A stretch of DNA of 64,000 nt from Octopus sinensis (taxonomy: Eukaryota), in the NCBI RefSeq assembly GCF_006345805.1, contig NC_043001.1, forward strand, positions 23,560,001 to 23,624,000, in the 5' to 3' direction. Under the pieces are notes generated by a model. That model was not told the origin of the DNA. It saw only the letters and a list, made by a program, of their open reading frames with translations, and did not search any database. This document shows positions 48,490 to 62,160 of this stretch, one piece after another (within the stretch, counting starts at the first letter, position 1; each line of letters begins with the position of its first letter). Both the position numbers and the translations under genes were made by a program.

Positions 48490-48628
48490 TTTGACAAAAC
48501 AGGTTGAAAATCGACCCAAATATGAAGCTCTTCTTGGTCACACATTTTTACAAAATGCTGAAAAGGACGACTTCAATATGAGTGAATATTTATCACCACT
48601 TATTGAACAGTACCTATTGAAGACATAG
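48490..48628 (+). CDS. MAP2K final coding exon
   Basis: ttgcag|T completes a TGT codon. (C)LTKQVENRPKYEALLGHTFLQNAEKDDFNMSEYLSPLIEQYLLKT*; CLTK...RPKY..LL.H.F is MKK4-like. Confidence 0.92.
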
Positions 48629-50559
48629 CATATACATCCACATTTTTTAAGATTACTGCCAAGAGTATTATCTAGATTATCAAATGCAAAATGGTGATGT
48701 TCCTGGATATATCCAACATTACTCTGACTTTCCTTTGACTTTCTTCCACCGTAAATATTTCTGTTTGATAGACACATGATGAGAAATGACACTAATACAT
48801 ACAAATGATAAAAGTTCTGCTGGTTTCTCTCTTTTTATACTCATCACTTTTTACAACATTTCCATTCTGATTTCCTCATGTAACCCACCTGAAGCTTCCA
48901 CTGAAATAGACTCTCACTGTTGCATTCAAATTTTTTGTCAAAATTTCACAGTAACACATTCATGTTTCATTATTTTCAATGTTACTTAGGCAGTGAGCTG
49001 ACAGAATTGCTAGCACATCAGACAAAATTCCTTAGCAACATTTTTTTCTGGTTTTATGTCCTGAGTTCAAATGCTGCTATGGTCGACTTTGGCTTTTGTC
49101 CTTTTGATGAAATAAATGTCATTTGAGCATTGGGGTCAATGTAATTGACTAGTCCCCTTCCTTGAAATTTCAAGCATTGTGCCTAATGTAGAAAGGATTA
49201 TTATTAATGTTACTGACAGTACAATGCTCTTCCATGTCTGTCTAATTTGTCTTATAGTTCAAAATACTTTGAAAGCATTTCATTCTTTTCTTGACATATA
49301 ACACTAGAACACCTCTTCCTCTCTGCCTGTCTTTTACCTAGCTGTACCTGACTTTTATCTTCTGGACATCATTCCTCTGCATATTAGCTATTAGCTGAAC
49401 TATTGCTTCCCCGTATTGCTCTATTTGACAAGCCTCTGCTGTAACTATAAAATCCCATAAGAAATCTGAGTGCACAAAGTATAATGTGATTATCTGGAAC
49501 TATATATAATTAACCCTGGAAAGTAATAAAATGAATTAAACAATTCACAATGGGAGGTCATGGTGTTGAATGTGCTACATGCTTCCCAATCATTGCTGTA
49601 TAAAGCTACTCATGTGACACTTTATGTGTAGTTGTATACAGCTGACAGGCTCTTTTAATTTTTCTAGAAAAATTTTTACTGGATAAACACTTCCCAATTT
49701 ACCTTTGTTAGAGGTAATGTAATTTGAAATTGAAATTGTTAGTGAAATCGCAGAACTTTTAGACGCTAATCCCAATTATGCTCATTTCAGGGTGTGGAAG
49801 ATGTTGTTTCTACAAGAGATTTAGATCCTTGTTATCTCCTAAAATAGGTTAATGACTTGCAGTAATTGATAACTAGAGAATAGCTTGCTATCCTCCAAAG
49901 TACAGCAGTTCTCTGTTTCTGACTTTGTATTCAATTAAGCAATATTTGATTGCACTGTGTGGAAGTTGGCTCTCAGTGTCATATGCCTATTTTCTTGTCA
50001 TAATGGTTCTTGGTTTTCAGTCTGAGCTGACTATTCTCCAACCTATGCTAGGGGACAAAAGATGCACTCCTTACAATGGATAATATACATTGCGTTAATA
50101 ATTGTTTGGCTATCTCTTTGATTCTTGGTTCCACCTGACTAATGACTCAGAAGATGGTTGGCTAGTTGACTAACTCCAAGTTATTATTACATAAACAAAG
50201 CCATCAAACATTTAACATATGACAAGATTTTATAACAGATCATGCACACGCACACTTTACGTATATATATATATATACACACACATATACACACACATGA
50301 TGGCTGTTGGCTCATGAAACATTTATGACCATGGCTGACTAAATATACCACTGCATAACATATTGTGAAAACGACAATGGCTCTTGAATCCTGCTCGCAA
50401 CTTACAGAACTTGTTGCAGATTTGACATTCATACAAATTCTTCTGACTTCTTAATTGTTCTGGATTATTCTGATGATTTTTTTTTTTCAGTGCACCCTCA
50501 TATACCTAAATACTCTGAGTGATTTATACACATGTTTTGGGGAAAATAGTGCATGTGAG

Positions 50560-52135
50560 GTTGGCCCCTGCAAGAAAATCGTTGTAGTTTGTTCCAGTTC
50601 TTTCTGTATGGCTTCTCTGTTGGCTTACCAGGCCTGTGCAAAACAAACATATGCGGCCGTAGACTTCAGACTTGATGAGGAACTGTAGGGTCAATGGAAT
50701 TGTCATTTCATGCTGATCTCATTAAGCATGCCCACTCGTTTGCATTTCACTGGAATGTGCTCACTTCATCTTAGACTCTTTGCTTCCAGGTTTTCCTATC
50801 ATGTGATATGTCTTCCCACACCTGTTCTGAAATCTCACAGATTCCAAGCAATACTTTTACATTGTCCTTAAATTGCTTTCTTGGCCTATGTTGTGGTTGA
50901 GTACCTTGTGACGGTTTGCCATACATTTGCTTGAGAATTCTACTGTCATGAAGATGCACAACATGACCAACCCAGCACATTTGGTGACAGTGAATGTTGG
51001 CCTCAGTACTCACTGCATTGGCTAAAACCTCTGTGTCAAGGGTATGTGTCATCCATACCCTTTTAAGGGCGTCGAGCTGGCGGAAACGTTAGCACGTTGG
51101 GCGAAATGCTTAGCAGCATTTCATCTGCCGTTACGTTCTGAGTTCAAATTCCGCCAAAGTCAACTTTGCCTTTCATCCTTTCGCACTGGAGTCGATGTAA
51201 TCGACTTAATACCTATGTCTGTCCTTGTTTGTCCCCTCTATGTTTAGCCCCTTGTGGGTAATAAAGAAATAGGTATGTGTCATCCAGTGGATGCCCAAGA
51301 TATTTCTGAAACATTGCTGATGATAACACTCAAGTGTTTTTAGGTGTGGCAGTACACTACCCATGTTTGACACAAAAATATGCACGTGTTGTAGACTGCC
51401 AGCTTTTCTAGGACCAGACACAACTCTCCAGAGCAGCAAAGGCATCAGTGTCCCTTTTTTTTATTAATGCAGTGATCTCATCGTCCATAGGGAAGCAACT
51501 GTTGGTAATGCTGCCCAGGTATGTAAACTTACCAACCACCTTCAGTTTGTGGCCATCAACATAGATAGCTCTATATATGGCATTCTAGGTGCAGGTTGGT
51601 ACATTACTACAGTTTTGTCAAGGCTGATGGTGAGGTCAAAGGTCTTGCAGGAGTGTCAAAATCTATCCATCAAGTTTTACATCACCTCTGCTCTGTGTGG
51701 CTGAAGATCACAATCATTGGCATATAAGAGGTCATGTACCAAGGACTGGAGAGTTTTTGTCACAGAATGCCAAATGGGCATAATGTTCAATATGGTATGT
51801 ACACGCTTTCCTCACAGTCACTGAAAGCATGCAGAACTACAGAGAAGATTGTGAATACTGCTAGGGGCATCATTTTAACCTTCTACTAGTTTGGTCATCT
51901 ACGCTTCAGAACAAGTTAGTCTTGTGCTACCTCCACTCAAGCACTTCTGATTTACACATCTTTTCTCCTCTCAACCCAGTCCTTCATTCCCAGAATGTTG
52001 CCTCTCTGGGATTCCCACTCTGTGTGCATTTTTCCTTCAGCTGTCAATTTGCAATTATTCATAAAGAGTGTTAACTTGGATTTAACTAGTCTTGAGAAGC
52101 AGAGGTGTGCGTACCTTAAGCACAGCCACTTCATT
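50560..52135 (-). mobile_element. degenerate RTE/BovB-like LINE (deleted; RT and C-terminus) split by a SINE
   Basis: Minus strand LLYANDCDL..LMDRF..CKTFDLTISLDKT, KVVGKFTYLGS, LECYHQQCFRNILGIHW, WVGHVVHLHDSRILKQMYG..RKQFKD, and terminal GLVSQQRSH zinc-finger remnant. Confidence 0.8.
51056..51271 (+). mobile_element. SINE family B monomer with 15-bp TSD
   Basis: TSD ggtatgtgtcatcca at 51041-55 and 51272-86, inserted into the RTE/BovB-like LINE. Confidence 0.9.
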
Positions 52136-52146
52136 GACCAAACTTA

Positions 52147-52530
52147 TCTTTATATATAAAAGAGAGGTTGTGTGCTATCTGTCTCCTACGATTTAGATTC
52201 CTAACTACTCCCACATTTTGCGGTGCAGTTTAACCAAAACCGGGTATCTTATAGTCGTGATTCATATCGAACCCTTCTGGGTATTAGCGCGCGTCTACGA
52301 TGAGTCTACGATTTAAAAAAATTTACCATCAATTTTTCCCATTTTTTAATGCATTTTTGGCATATATAAGGGAAGTAACTCTCTAAAAATTTATTATTAA
52401 ATCTCAGAACGTAAAAAGCTACAGTAACCCCCCCCTTTGTTGTTAGCCATATTGAGATGGCTATTATACTTTACATCTCTAAAAATGCTTATATAGTTAA
52501 TTCCCTTACAAACCCGAGCAACGCTGCTAG
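52147..52530 (+). mobile_element. non-autonomous Helitron, same family
   Basis: A|TCTTTATATATAAAAG ... cccgagcaacgctgCTAG|T. The second hairpin arm is deleted relative to the 42537 copy. Confidence 0.88.
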
Positions 52531-53356
52531 TAAAATATAAAAGATCATTTTTTTAATCAAAACTTCAATCATCCCATGAGTGAGTTCATCTCTTGAAGGA
52601 GATCTCTCTAGGCAGTAAATACCACAAGGAATGTACCCTGGTAGACACAAACACCTTTAAGGGACATCATTGAGATATCTTGACTTGCTATGAGTAGCAG
52701 CCATATCACCCTCAAATCACATCCTAACTTGAAATAGGTGAGGATACATTGAATAATGTATTCCACAAGATGTCTCTAAAGTGGTAGGGTGAGTTGACCC
52801 TGTCTGGAATGCAGTTGATCAAAGATCAGTTGCTTTATCAGGACATAGACGTAGACATCCATCTTTCTCTTTCACCTTGTGTACACATGCATGCACACAC
52901 ACACACACACACACAAGCACAAGGTTTACGTGGTTTCTGTTTGTACCAAGTTTTACTCACATCATATAAGTCAATCTAAAGCTGTAGTAGAGGATACATT
53001 CCAAAGTTCTGCTCATTGGGCCTGAACCTAGAACCATGTAACTATGAAGCAAGCTGCTTTTCCCCGCAGCCATGTCATTCGTGCCCAAATGTTTCCAAAA
53101 TTACTTAAAACTTATTATACTCTTGAGATTAAGTGAAAGCAAATTATTAACCCTTTGGCATTCAGATTACTCTGTCAAATGTAATGCTTATTTATTCATG
53201 TTTTGAATTAATCATCCATTATCTCGTAGCTTCACAATTTTGATAATGTGATTGTTTATTTTTAGAATGGCATTGCAGGATAGGTGTGAGAAGCCAGATC
53301 TAGCTGGTTTGAACATAAAACTGATAGAACATTAAGGCTGGATATGGCTGGTTTAA

Positions 53357-53578
53357 CCCTTTTGTTACTGTATTTATTTTGAGATGCTCTGTGTTTCTTT
53401 CAATTATTTTAAAATATAACAAAGAATTTAGTAAAATAACTTAATTATCATTAAGCTAGTTTTAGGAACATAAATTGTGACTAAGGTTTGGTGGAAGATT
53501 TTAATTCAAAACTTATGAAAACAAGACATTTGTACTATAGAGCCAGAGCTGGTTTCAACCGGGTTAGTAACAAAAGGG
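53357..53578. mobile_element. piggyBac-type MITE
   Basis: TTAA on both sides (53353-56, 53579-82) and perfect 13-bp TIR cccttttgttact / agtaacaaaaggg. Confidence 0.88.
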
Positions 53579-55439
53579 TTAAATAGAAGTAATTAATTTT
53601 GAATAATTGAATTTGATTTATTAAATAAGATGGTTAGCTTTGACAAATATAAAAAAAAATCTCTGTGATGAAAAATCCCACTGTTTTCATTGTTATCAGA
53701 AACTAAAGTAGATACAAAGACAAAACCTTTCTTAGCTTTAAAGGCTTCCACATATTTCATTTAACAGAAAATGCAAGTATGCAGGGTACATAATTCAAGG
53801 TGGCTGTCTATTCTAACCTGCACAAGTCCATGGATATTAACCATCCGCTGACATTGGACATTACAAACACTATTTCAAATAACTGCCTTTTAAATAGTTG
53901 CCTGATCAAATTTAAAGACATACATTCCAAAATATTTAACAAATCAAAATTATTGCACTTCAGTTGAGTTTATCTTGCCTCTTATAATCCCCACCAAATC
54001 CTCTGGACATTTTGTACCAAATTCGATATGTTTAATCTGAAATATTGCGTCTTATGTAACTGTAACTTGGTTCAATACAGATAAAAACATGGCATGTCTG
54101 CTGCAATCAGGATATATATAGTTCTTCATTCTTGATTTGTAAGCTTTGGATTGAAAGAAATGAAATCAACTGTCTATATTTATAAATAAAAGGAATTTTT
54201 TATGAAATTGTGAAAATAATAGTTAATAAAAATCTCTTGTTTATGAAAACTGTAAACTGGTTTGCTTTGCTTTATTATTATTGTTTGATCTAAAAATTAT
54301 AAAAATTTTAAATTGTCTCTGAAAGCTTTAGGAAGAATCAGTTAATGCTAAAATGATGTTGACTTGACCTGGAACATGTTAAAATTTATTTGAAACACCC
54401 AAGTATATCTTAATTTTTTTATTACTACGTACTGACACTTATTTTATTGAAAATATTATTAGATGCTTAGTTTGAGCTTCATAAAAGAACAGAACAGAAG
54501 CATGTTGGTAATAGAAAATGTTCATGCTAAAAGTAATCTAGATATTAGAATTTACTTAATGAGCAAAGATTGAAGAATCTAGTAGATAACGTGTGAAGAT
54601 AAATACCTAGATATCAGAAATTCATATGAACAAAGGTTTAAGAAACTTGTAGATAATTTGCAATGATATGATGAAGGCGCAGGAGTGGCTGTGTGGTAAA
54701 TAGCTTGCTAACCAACCACATGGTTCCGGGTTCAGTCCCACTGCGTGGCACCTTGTGCAAGTGTCTTCTACTATAGCCTTAGGCCGACCAAAGCCTTGTG
54801 AGTGGATTTGGTAGATGGAAACTGAAAGAAGCCCATCGTATATATATGTGTGTGTGTGTGTATATGTTTGTGTGTCTGTGTTTGTCCCCCCTAGCATTGC
54901 TTGACAACCGATGCTATTGTGTTTACGTCCCCGTCACTTTGCGGTTCGGTAAAAGAGAGCGATAGAATAAGTACTGGGCTTACAAAGAATAAGTCCCGGG
55001 GTCGATTTGCTCAACTAAAGGCGGTGCTCCAGCATGGCCGCAGTCAAATGACTGAAACAAGTAAAAGAGTATATGGTTTAAGATGTAGGAGCTTAGAACT
55101 AATCAGGACTAAAGAACTTACTGACCGTAATGTGAACATCGAGGGTTCGTTTGCTGGTATTTTATGAAATAGATTTCTTTTTTCTTTTACAGGTTTAGCT
55201 ATTGGGCTTAATCCATGCTGTGTCAATTACTTAGACAAAAAATATTGATGGTGCTAAGAGTACCAGGCTTGCAACAGTTGGAGAAGTGCAGTGATCATTG
55301 TATTGTTTACATGAAGACTTAAGGTCCTGTATGTAATCCTACATTACTGGGTATTCAATATAGTCCTTGATTTCCAATAATATTGAGGTCTAGTGCTTTT
55401 GTTGTCACATACAGTTTGTCATTATTTATATATATATAT

Positions 55440-55673
55440 ATATAATATTGTTTATGCTGTTGATTAGATTTTTGAAATCTATAAGTTGTTCAAATGTGTA
55501 TGTCCATTGGATTAGGCAGTCATCTAAGTAACGTTTCCAGTTTTCTAGTAGATATTTGTAGAAGTTCAAGCCATATATTGATTTAGATTGTTCATATATC
55601 TGGACCTCCATGTATGCCATGACTAGATTGGTGTAAGTTGGAGCAACTTTTGTACCCATTGCAGTCCCAGATA
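55440..55673 (-). mobile_element. Penelope-like reverse transcriptase fragment
   Basis: GTAMGTKVAPTYTNLVMAYME...WKRYLDDCLIQW...LIDFKNLINSIN matches the PLE RT AMG.....YANL.M / RY.DD motifs. Truncated by a SINE at 55673. Confidence 0.85.
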
Positions 55674-56204
55674 TATGTATATTTGTGTGTCTATGTACCC
55701 CCACCATCGTTTGACAACCGATGTTGGTGTGTTTATGTCCCCGTAACTTAGCAGTTCGGCAAAAGACACCGATAGAATAAGTACTGTGCTTCAACATGGC
55801 TGCAGTACTTAATCCTGAGCAATGCCGGGTACCTCTACTAGTTTAGTATATATAAAGGCAGGGCTGTGTGGTAAGAAACTTGCTTCTCTACCACATGGTT
55901 CTGGTCCAGTCCCACAGCATGATACCTTGGGCAAGTGTCTTCTACAGACTCATGCTGACCAAAGCCTTATGAGTGGATTTGGTAGATGGAAACTGAAAGA
56001 AGCCAGTCATATATATATCTGTATATATCTGCATGTGTCTTTGTGCCTGGTTGTCCTCCTGTCACCGCTTGACGACCAGTGTTGGTGTGTTTACATCCCT
56101 ATAACTTACATCCTTCAAAACTGTGCTCCAGCATGGCTGCAGTAAAATCACTGAAACAAGGCGAAGAATAAAAGAATATATATATAGATGTATGTAAGTA
56201 TGTA

Positions 56205-57460
56205 TATACAAGATGTAATCAGTGTAAGCTATGGACACATAAGAGGTGTAGCAATATCAGAGGAAGGTTAACCGGGAAGACAGCTTTTGTGTGTGGTAAA
56301 TGCACAGGGGCAATAAATACTGTAGAAGCTCAGAAAACTGATTCCATCACATGCCAGGGGGAGAAACTTGAAATAGTTGATAGCTTCTGCTACCTAGGTG
56401 GCCGAGTCTATAGTGGGGGTGGATGCTGGGAGACCATTGCCACTAGAATAAGAATAGCCAGAGCAAAGTTCAGAAAGCTCTTACCTCTACTGGTGACAAA
56501 GGGCCTCTCACTCAGAGTGAAAGTTAGATTGTATGATTCATATGTGCAAACTGCTATGCTATACAGCAGTGAAACATGGGACATGACTGCTGAAGACATG
56601 CATAGGCTTGAAAGAAATGAAGGTAGTATGATCCACTGGATGTGTAATGTCAGTGTACACACACGACAGAGTTTAAGCACTCTGAGAGAAATGTTGGACA
56701 TAAGAAGCATCAGATCTGGTGTGCTGGTATGGTCGTGTGCTACATACGGATGAGGAGAGCTGTGGGAAGAAGTGTGACTCCCTAACAGTGGAAAGAACCT
56801 GTGGAAGTGGGAGATCCAGGAAGATATGGGAGGAAGTGGTGAAGCATGACCTTCGAATGTTGGGCATCACAGAGGCAATGATGAAAATCTGAGACCTCGG
56901 GAGATATGCTGTGATTAAAAAGACCCGGCAAGTAATGTGAGATCACAGCAGTAGCTTACAACAGCGTTGTATAACCAACCCACTCAAAAGTACCCCTGTA
57001 TCATTCGGCAACATGCTGTACTTGAGGAAACTTATTGAGTCAAGTAAAATCGAAATCAATATCAAATAAAATCTAATCACAATCAAAAGGAAATTTTAGT
57101 TGTGGCTGATGCCAGTGCTGCCTGACTGGCTCCTGTGCTGGTGGAATGCAATAAGCACCATGCATGCGTGGGTCGTTGCCAGTCTCACTGCCTCGACTGG
57201 CTTGTGTGCTAGTGGCACATAAAAAGTACCATCCAAACATGGCCGATGCTAGTGCTGCCTGACTGGCTCCCGTGCCGGTGGCACGTAAAAAGTACCCACT
57301 ACACTCTCAGAGTAGTTGGCATTAGGAAGGGCATCCAGCAGCAGAAACATTGCCAGATCAGATTGGAGCCCGGTGCAGCCTCTTGGCATGCCAGTCCTCA
57401 GTCAAGCCATCCAACCCATGCCAGCATGGAAAACAGTCGTTAAAGGATAATGATGATATA
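56205..57460 (+). mobile_element. 5'-truncated RTE-X-type LINE, second copy
   Basis: CNQCKLWTHKRCS..CGKC, EKLEIVDSFCYLG, KGLSLRVK.RLY, SETW. Same 3'UTR and tail as the 57503 copy. Confidence 0.85.
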
Positions 57461-57502
57461 TATATCATATATATCAAGTGAAAGAATTAAAGATTATATA
57501 TA

Positions 57503-58885
57503 AACCAAAGTCCTAATAAGTAGAAAGGTAGATAAATCACAAACGCCTTCAGGTAGATGGCCTTGCTCAATCTGTAGAAAAGGTGTAAGTAGAAACTCTA
57601 TAAGATGCACCAAGTGTAAGCTATGGACACATAAGAGGTGCAGCAATGTCAAAGGAAGGCTAACTAGGAAGATAGTTTTTGTATGTGGCAGATGCTCAGG
57701 AGCAATAAACACTGAAAATGCTCTGAGACCAACTTCTGCCACATTCCAGGGAGAAAAACTAGAAATAGTTGATAGCTTCTGTTACCTAGGTGACCAAGTC
57801 AGTAGCGGGGGGCGGTTGTGCTGAAAGTGTAACTGCTAGAGTAAGAATAGCTTGGGCAAAGTTCAGGGAGCTCTTACCTCTGCTGGTGACAAAAGGCCTC
57901 TTGCTCAGAGTAAAAGGCAGACTGTATGACGCGTGTGTATGAACAGCCATGCTACATGGCAGTGAAACATGGGCCGTGACTGCTGAGGATGTGTGTAAGC
58001 TTGCAAGAAATGAAGCCAGTATGCTCCGATGGATGTGTAATGTCAGTGTTCATACTCGACAGAGTGTAAGTACCTTGAGAGAAAAGCTGGACCTAAGAAG
58101 CATCAGTTGTGGTGTGCAAGAGAGACGTTTGCGCTGGTATGGTCATGTGGCGAGAATGGATGAAGATAATTGTGTGAAAAAGTACCACACCCTAGCGGTT
58201 GAGGGAACCCGTGGAAGAGGCAGACCCAGGAAAACCTGGGATGAGGTGGTGAAGCACGACCTCCGAACTTTAGGTCTCACTGAGGAAATGACTAGAGACC
58301 GAGACCTTTCGAAGTATGCTGTGCATGAGAAGACCCGGCAGGACAAGTGAGACCATAACCCATGGCCTCTACATGGGATGTAGCCAGTCCACTTATGCAT
58401 ACCTTTCCTTCCTGGGACACAAAACTCTACTTGTGAAGACCTGTTGAAGCAAGTGAAAATCGAAATCGATCAACATCAATGGAAATTGCAGCTGTGATAC
58501 CAGTGCCAGTGATACGTAAGAGAACCATCTGAACGTGGCCGTTGCCAGTGCCGCCCTGATTGGCCTCATGCCGGTGGTACGTAAAAAGCACCATCCGATT
58601 GTGGCCGTTGCCAGCCTCGCCTGGCCCCCGTGCCGGTGACATGTAAAAAGCACCATCCGATCGTGGCTGTTTGCCAGCCTCGTCTGGCACCTGTGCTGGT
58701 GGCACGTAAAAAGCACCCACTACACTCACGGAGTGGTTGGCGTTAGGAAGGGCATCCAGTCGTAGAAACATTGCCAGATCAGACTGGGCCTGGTGCAGCC
58801 TTCTGGCTTCCCAGACCCCAGGTGAACCGTCCAACCCATGCTAGCATGGAAAGTGGACGCTAAACGAAGACGATGATGAGATGAT
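57503..58885 (+). mobile_element. 5'-truncated RTE-X-type LINE (RT C-terminus with Cys-rich finger, 3'UTR, (GAT)n tail)
   Basis: TKVLISRK..GRWPCSICRKGVSRNSIRCTKCKLWTHKRCS..CGRC, LEIVDSFCYLG, MLHGSETW, RLRWYGHVARM, GRPRKTW. Followed by a repeat-rich 3'UTR and a GAT tail; contains stops and frameshifts. Confidence 0.88.
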
Positions 58886-60714
58886 GGTATATATATATAA
58901 TCTTTAATTCTTTCACTTGTTTCACTCATTGTACTGTGGCCCTGTGTGTGGTTAATATTAGTTTCTTACTATATGACTTTGGTGTTCAGTCTCACTGTGT
59001 GGCACATTGGGCAAATGTCGTCCTCTGTATCCCTTTTCAGTGGATCTGGTGGATGGAAGCTGAAAATACCCATCATATACATGTATATGTTTATGTGTCT
59101 CTTTGTTTGGACATTGTGCAGTGTAAACAAGTTTTACTGTCACATAAGCGGTGTCATTCATTTCCAAACTTCTTTGAAGATATGTCTGGCCATGGGCAAG
59201 TATCATTTAGCTTGAAAACAGATGAGGGTTAGTGGCAGCAAAAGCATCAAGCTGTAGAAAAGTCCAACTCAATGAAATCAGTCTGGCCGATGCAAGCGTT
59301 GAAAAGTGGACATTAAAATGATGATGATAATGGTATGTAACTGGGTTTCTGCCAGTTATGACGACAAGTGTTCCAGTTGATCTGATCAATGGAACAGCCT
59401 GCTTGTGAAATTAACACACAAGTGGTTGGGTATTCCACAGACATGCTTACCCTTAATGTAGTTCTCAGGGAGACTCAGTGTGTCACAGAATGTGGCAAGG
59501 CTGGCCCTTTGAATTACAGGTACAATTCATTTTCACTAGTTGAGTGGACTGGAGCAAAGTGAGATAAAGTGTCTTGCTCAAGGACACAATACCCTACCAG
59601 GAATTGAACTTAGGCCTTATGATCATGAGCCGAATACCCTAACCACATATCAATATTTTAGTACTCTGTAATAGGAAAATCATGTATTCAGTTAAAGATT
59701 AAGTAATCAAGGAGTGTGTGACAATCTAACATGATTTGACCTTTTAAAAAATATTTATTAAAGAATTATGTCACTGTTTCATCCAATCCCTAACATTAGC
59801 TTTAACCTAGATCCTGAAACAATACTCTTGTTACCACAATACGTTTAATAGATCCATAAATGTCATGGATTCCTGTGGTTCCTTTACATAAATTATAATA
59901 ATAAATAAATGCACCCTTTTAAAGCCTAGCCAGGCTCATAGGCCCGGTTTCCTGGTTTCTATGGCTTATGTGTTCCCCAGCTGGCCGGGACACCAGTCCA
60001 TCACAGAGTTATTCATTTTGCCTGCTGAGTGGACTGGAGCAATGTGAAATGAAGTGTTTTGCTCAAGAACACAACACATCGCCCAGTCCAGGAATCGAAA
60101 CCACAGTCTTACGATCATGGTGCTGGCACCCTAACCACTGAGCCACGTGCCTCCACTTTACATAAATTATTGCACCCATTATATTCACCTTTTAAGCAGT
60201 TTTCATAGATCAACACTGAAATTCTGTAGTTAGTTATTTTCATTTATAACTAATTGGATGTCATTCAGAATACTTTTTCAGACAGCAGTGGACTTGTCCC
60301 AGATGTATGAATAATACTTTAATGTGGATACATTTGTGGCTTGTACGTGTGTGTTGTTTTTGTGGAAGATTATACATGTGTGCATGTTTGTTTCCAGTGT
60401 ATTTAGGCCAGCTTATGATTGTGTGAGTACTTAGGTGTTTGGTTTGTTTTTAAAGTCTGTGTAAGTAGGTTAGGGTGTGTTTGTGATTCTATTTTGAAAG
60501 TGTGTGCACATTCTCTTTTACTTGTTTCAGTCATTTGACTGTGGCCATGCTGGAGCACCGCCTTTAGTTGAGCAAATCGACCCCAGGACTTATTCTTTGT
60601 AAGCCTAGTACTTATTCTATCGATCTCTTTTGCTGAACCGCTAAGTTACAGGGGACGTAAACACACCAGCATTGGTTGTCAAGCGATGTTGGGGGGACAA
60701 ACACAGACACACAA

Positions 60715-60757
<43 letters not shown>

Positions 60758-62160
60758 CGATGGGCTTCTTTCAGTTTCCATCTACCAAATCCACTCACAA
60801 GGCTTTGGTCGGCCTAAGGCTATAGTAGAAGACACTTGCACAAGGTGCCACGCAGTGGGACTGAACCCGGAACCATGTGGTTCGTAAGCAAGCTACTTAT
60901 CACACAGCCACTCCTACGCCTGTTTATTTTGTGTGTACATAGGCTGGAATGTCTATGTGCTACTGTATGTATGTGTACTTGCTTTTAATGTCTCTATGTG
61001 TGTGGAAGTTGAAAACTTAAATAGGTAATGTATGTGTGTGTGTTTCTTTTGCACTGTGGATGCATACTTTTTTTATTTTTTGAATTTGAAAGATGAAGCA
61101 TATGTATGTTGGATATGGTGTACACTTATTTTGTGTGTATGCATACTTATTTAAAGTGTGTGTGTGTAAACGTTGATGCATGTGTGTGTAGGCTGTATGC
61201 GTGTGCTGATACTTGTGCCAGTGTGCACGTGACACGTAAAAAAAAACCACGATTTTCCATGACTGTTGCCAGTAAGTCTGATTGGCCCTCATGCCAGTGG
61301 CACGTAAAAAGCACCCACTACACTTTCAGAGTGGTTGGCATCAGGAAGGACATCCAGCTGTAGAAACTCTGCCAGATAAAGATTGGAGCCTGGTGCAGCC
61401 ATCTGATTTGCCAGTCCTCAGTTGAATTGTCCAACCCATGCTAGCATGGAAAGCGGACGTTAAACGACGATAATGATGATGATGTGGATGCTTTGACATA
61501 TTTAATTTATACTGAACTCACTAAAATTAGAATCAATACAGGTCGGTTGTGTGTTGGTTATAAAAGAAGTTAATAGTTTTAGATTGTCAGATATATTTCT
61601 GTGAAGGAAAAATGGCCCAGAGTCACCAGATATTTATGACAATACTGTATTTCACAATTCATTTAGATATCACAAATTGATACTAATTTTATTTTGGAGA
61701 GGAATGTTGTTATGGACTGAAAACCTATCTAGACACAGATTATCTAATACTATTAATTTCAGGACTAAACACTGCTACTAATCAAATGTATCCTCATATA
61801 TAATACTATACCTTAAATATTGCATGGACTGAGCTCATTAGTATGTCTAGCTAAGCTTTCTATTTTAAGTGCTTGGAAGTTACGATGTCACTTTGATGTA
61901 GTGATTAGCACAGCTATATGGTTTACAGCAGACACACAGTTCAAATCCCACCAGCAACATTACAACTTTTTCTGTCTTCTTCTATAGATGAATAAGATAT
62001 ATATTTATTTCTAATTCATATTGAATATCCTTATAGACTTAATATTTTTAGAAAATTTTATTGAGCCAAAGGTAATATTGTAAAGTTTAATCAATTGACA
62101 AAAAAAAAAAAGAAAAATGAAAAGAAAGCATGTTTAGCTATCTTAGACAACTCTCTACTT

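Noticed and set aside
53950-53962. TATTGCACTT, matching the 5' end of miR-92 family microRNAs
   Set aside because: The match stops after 10 nt and no precursor hairpin is evident.
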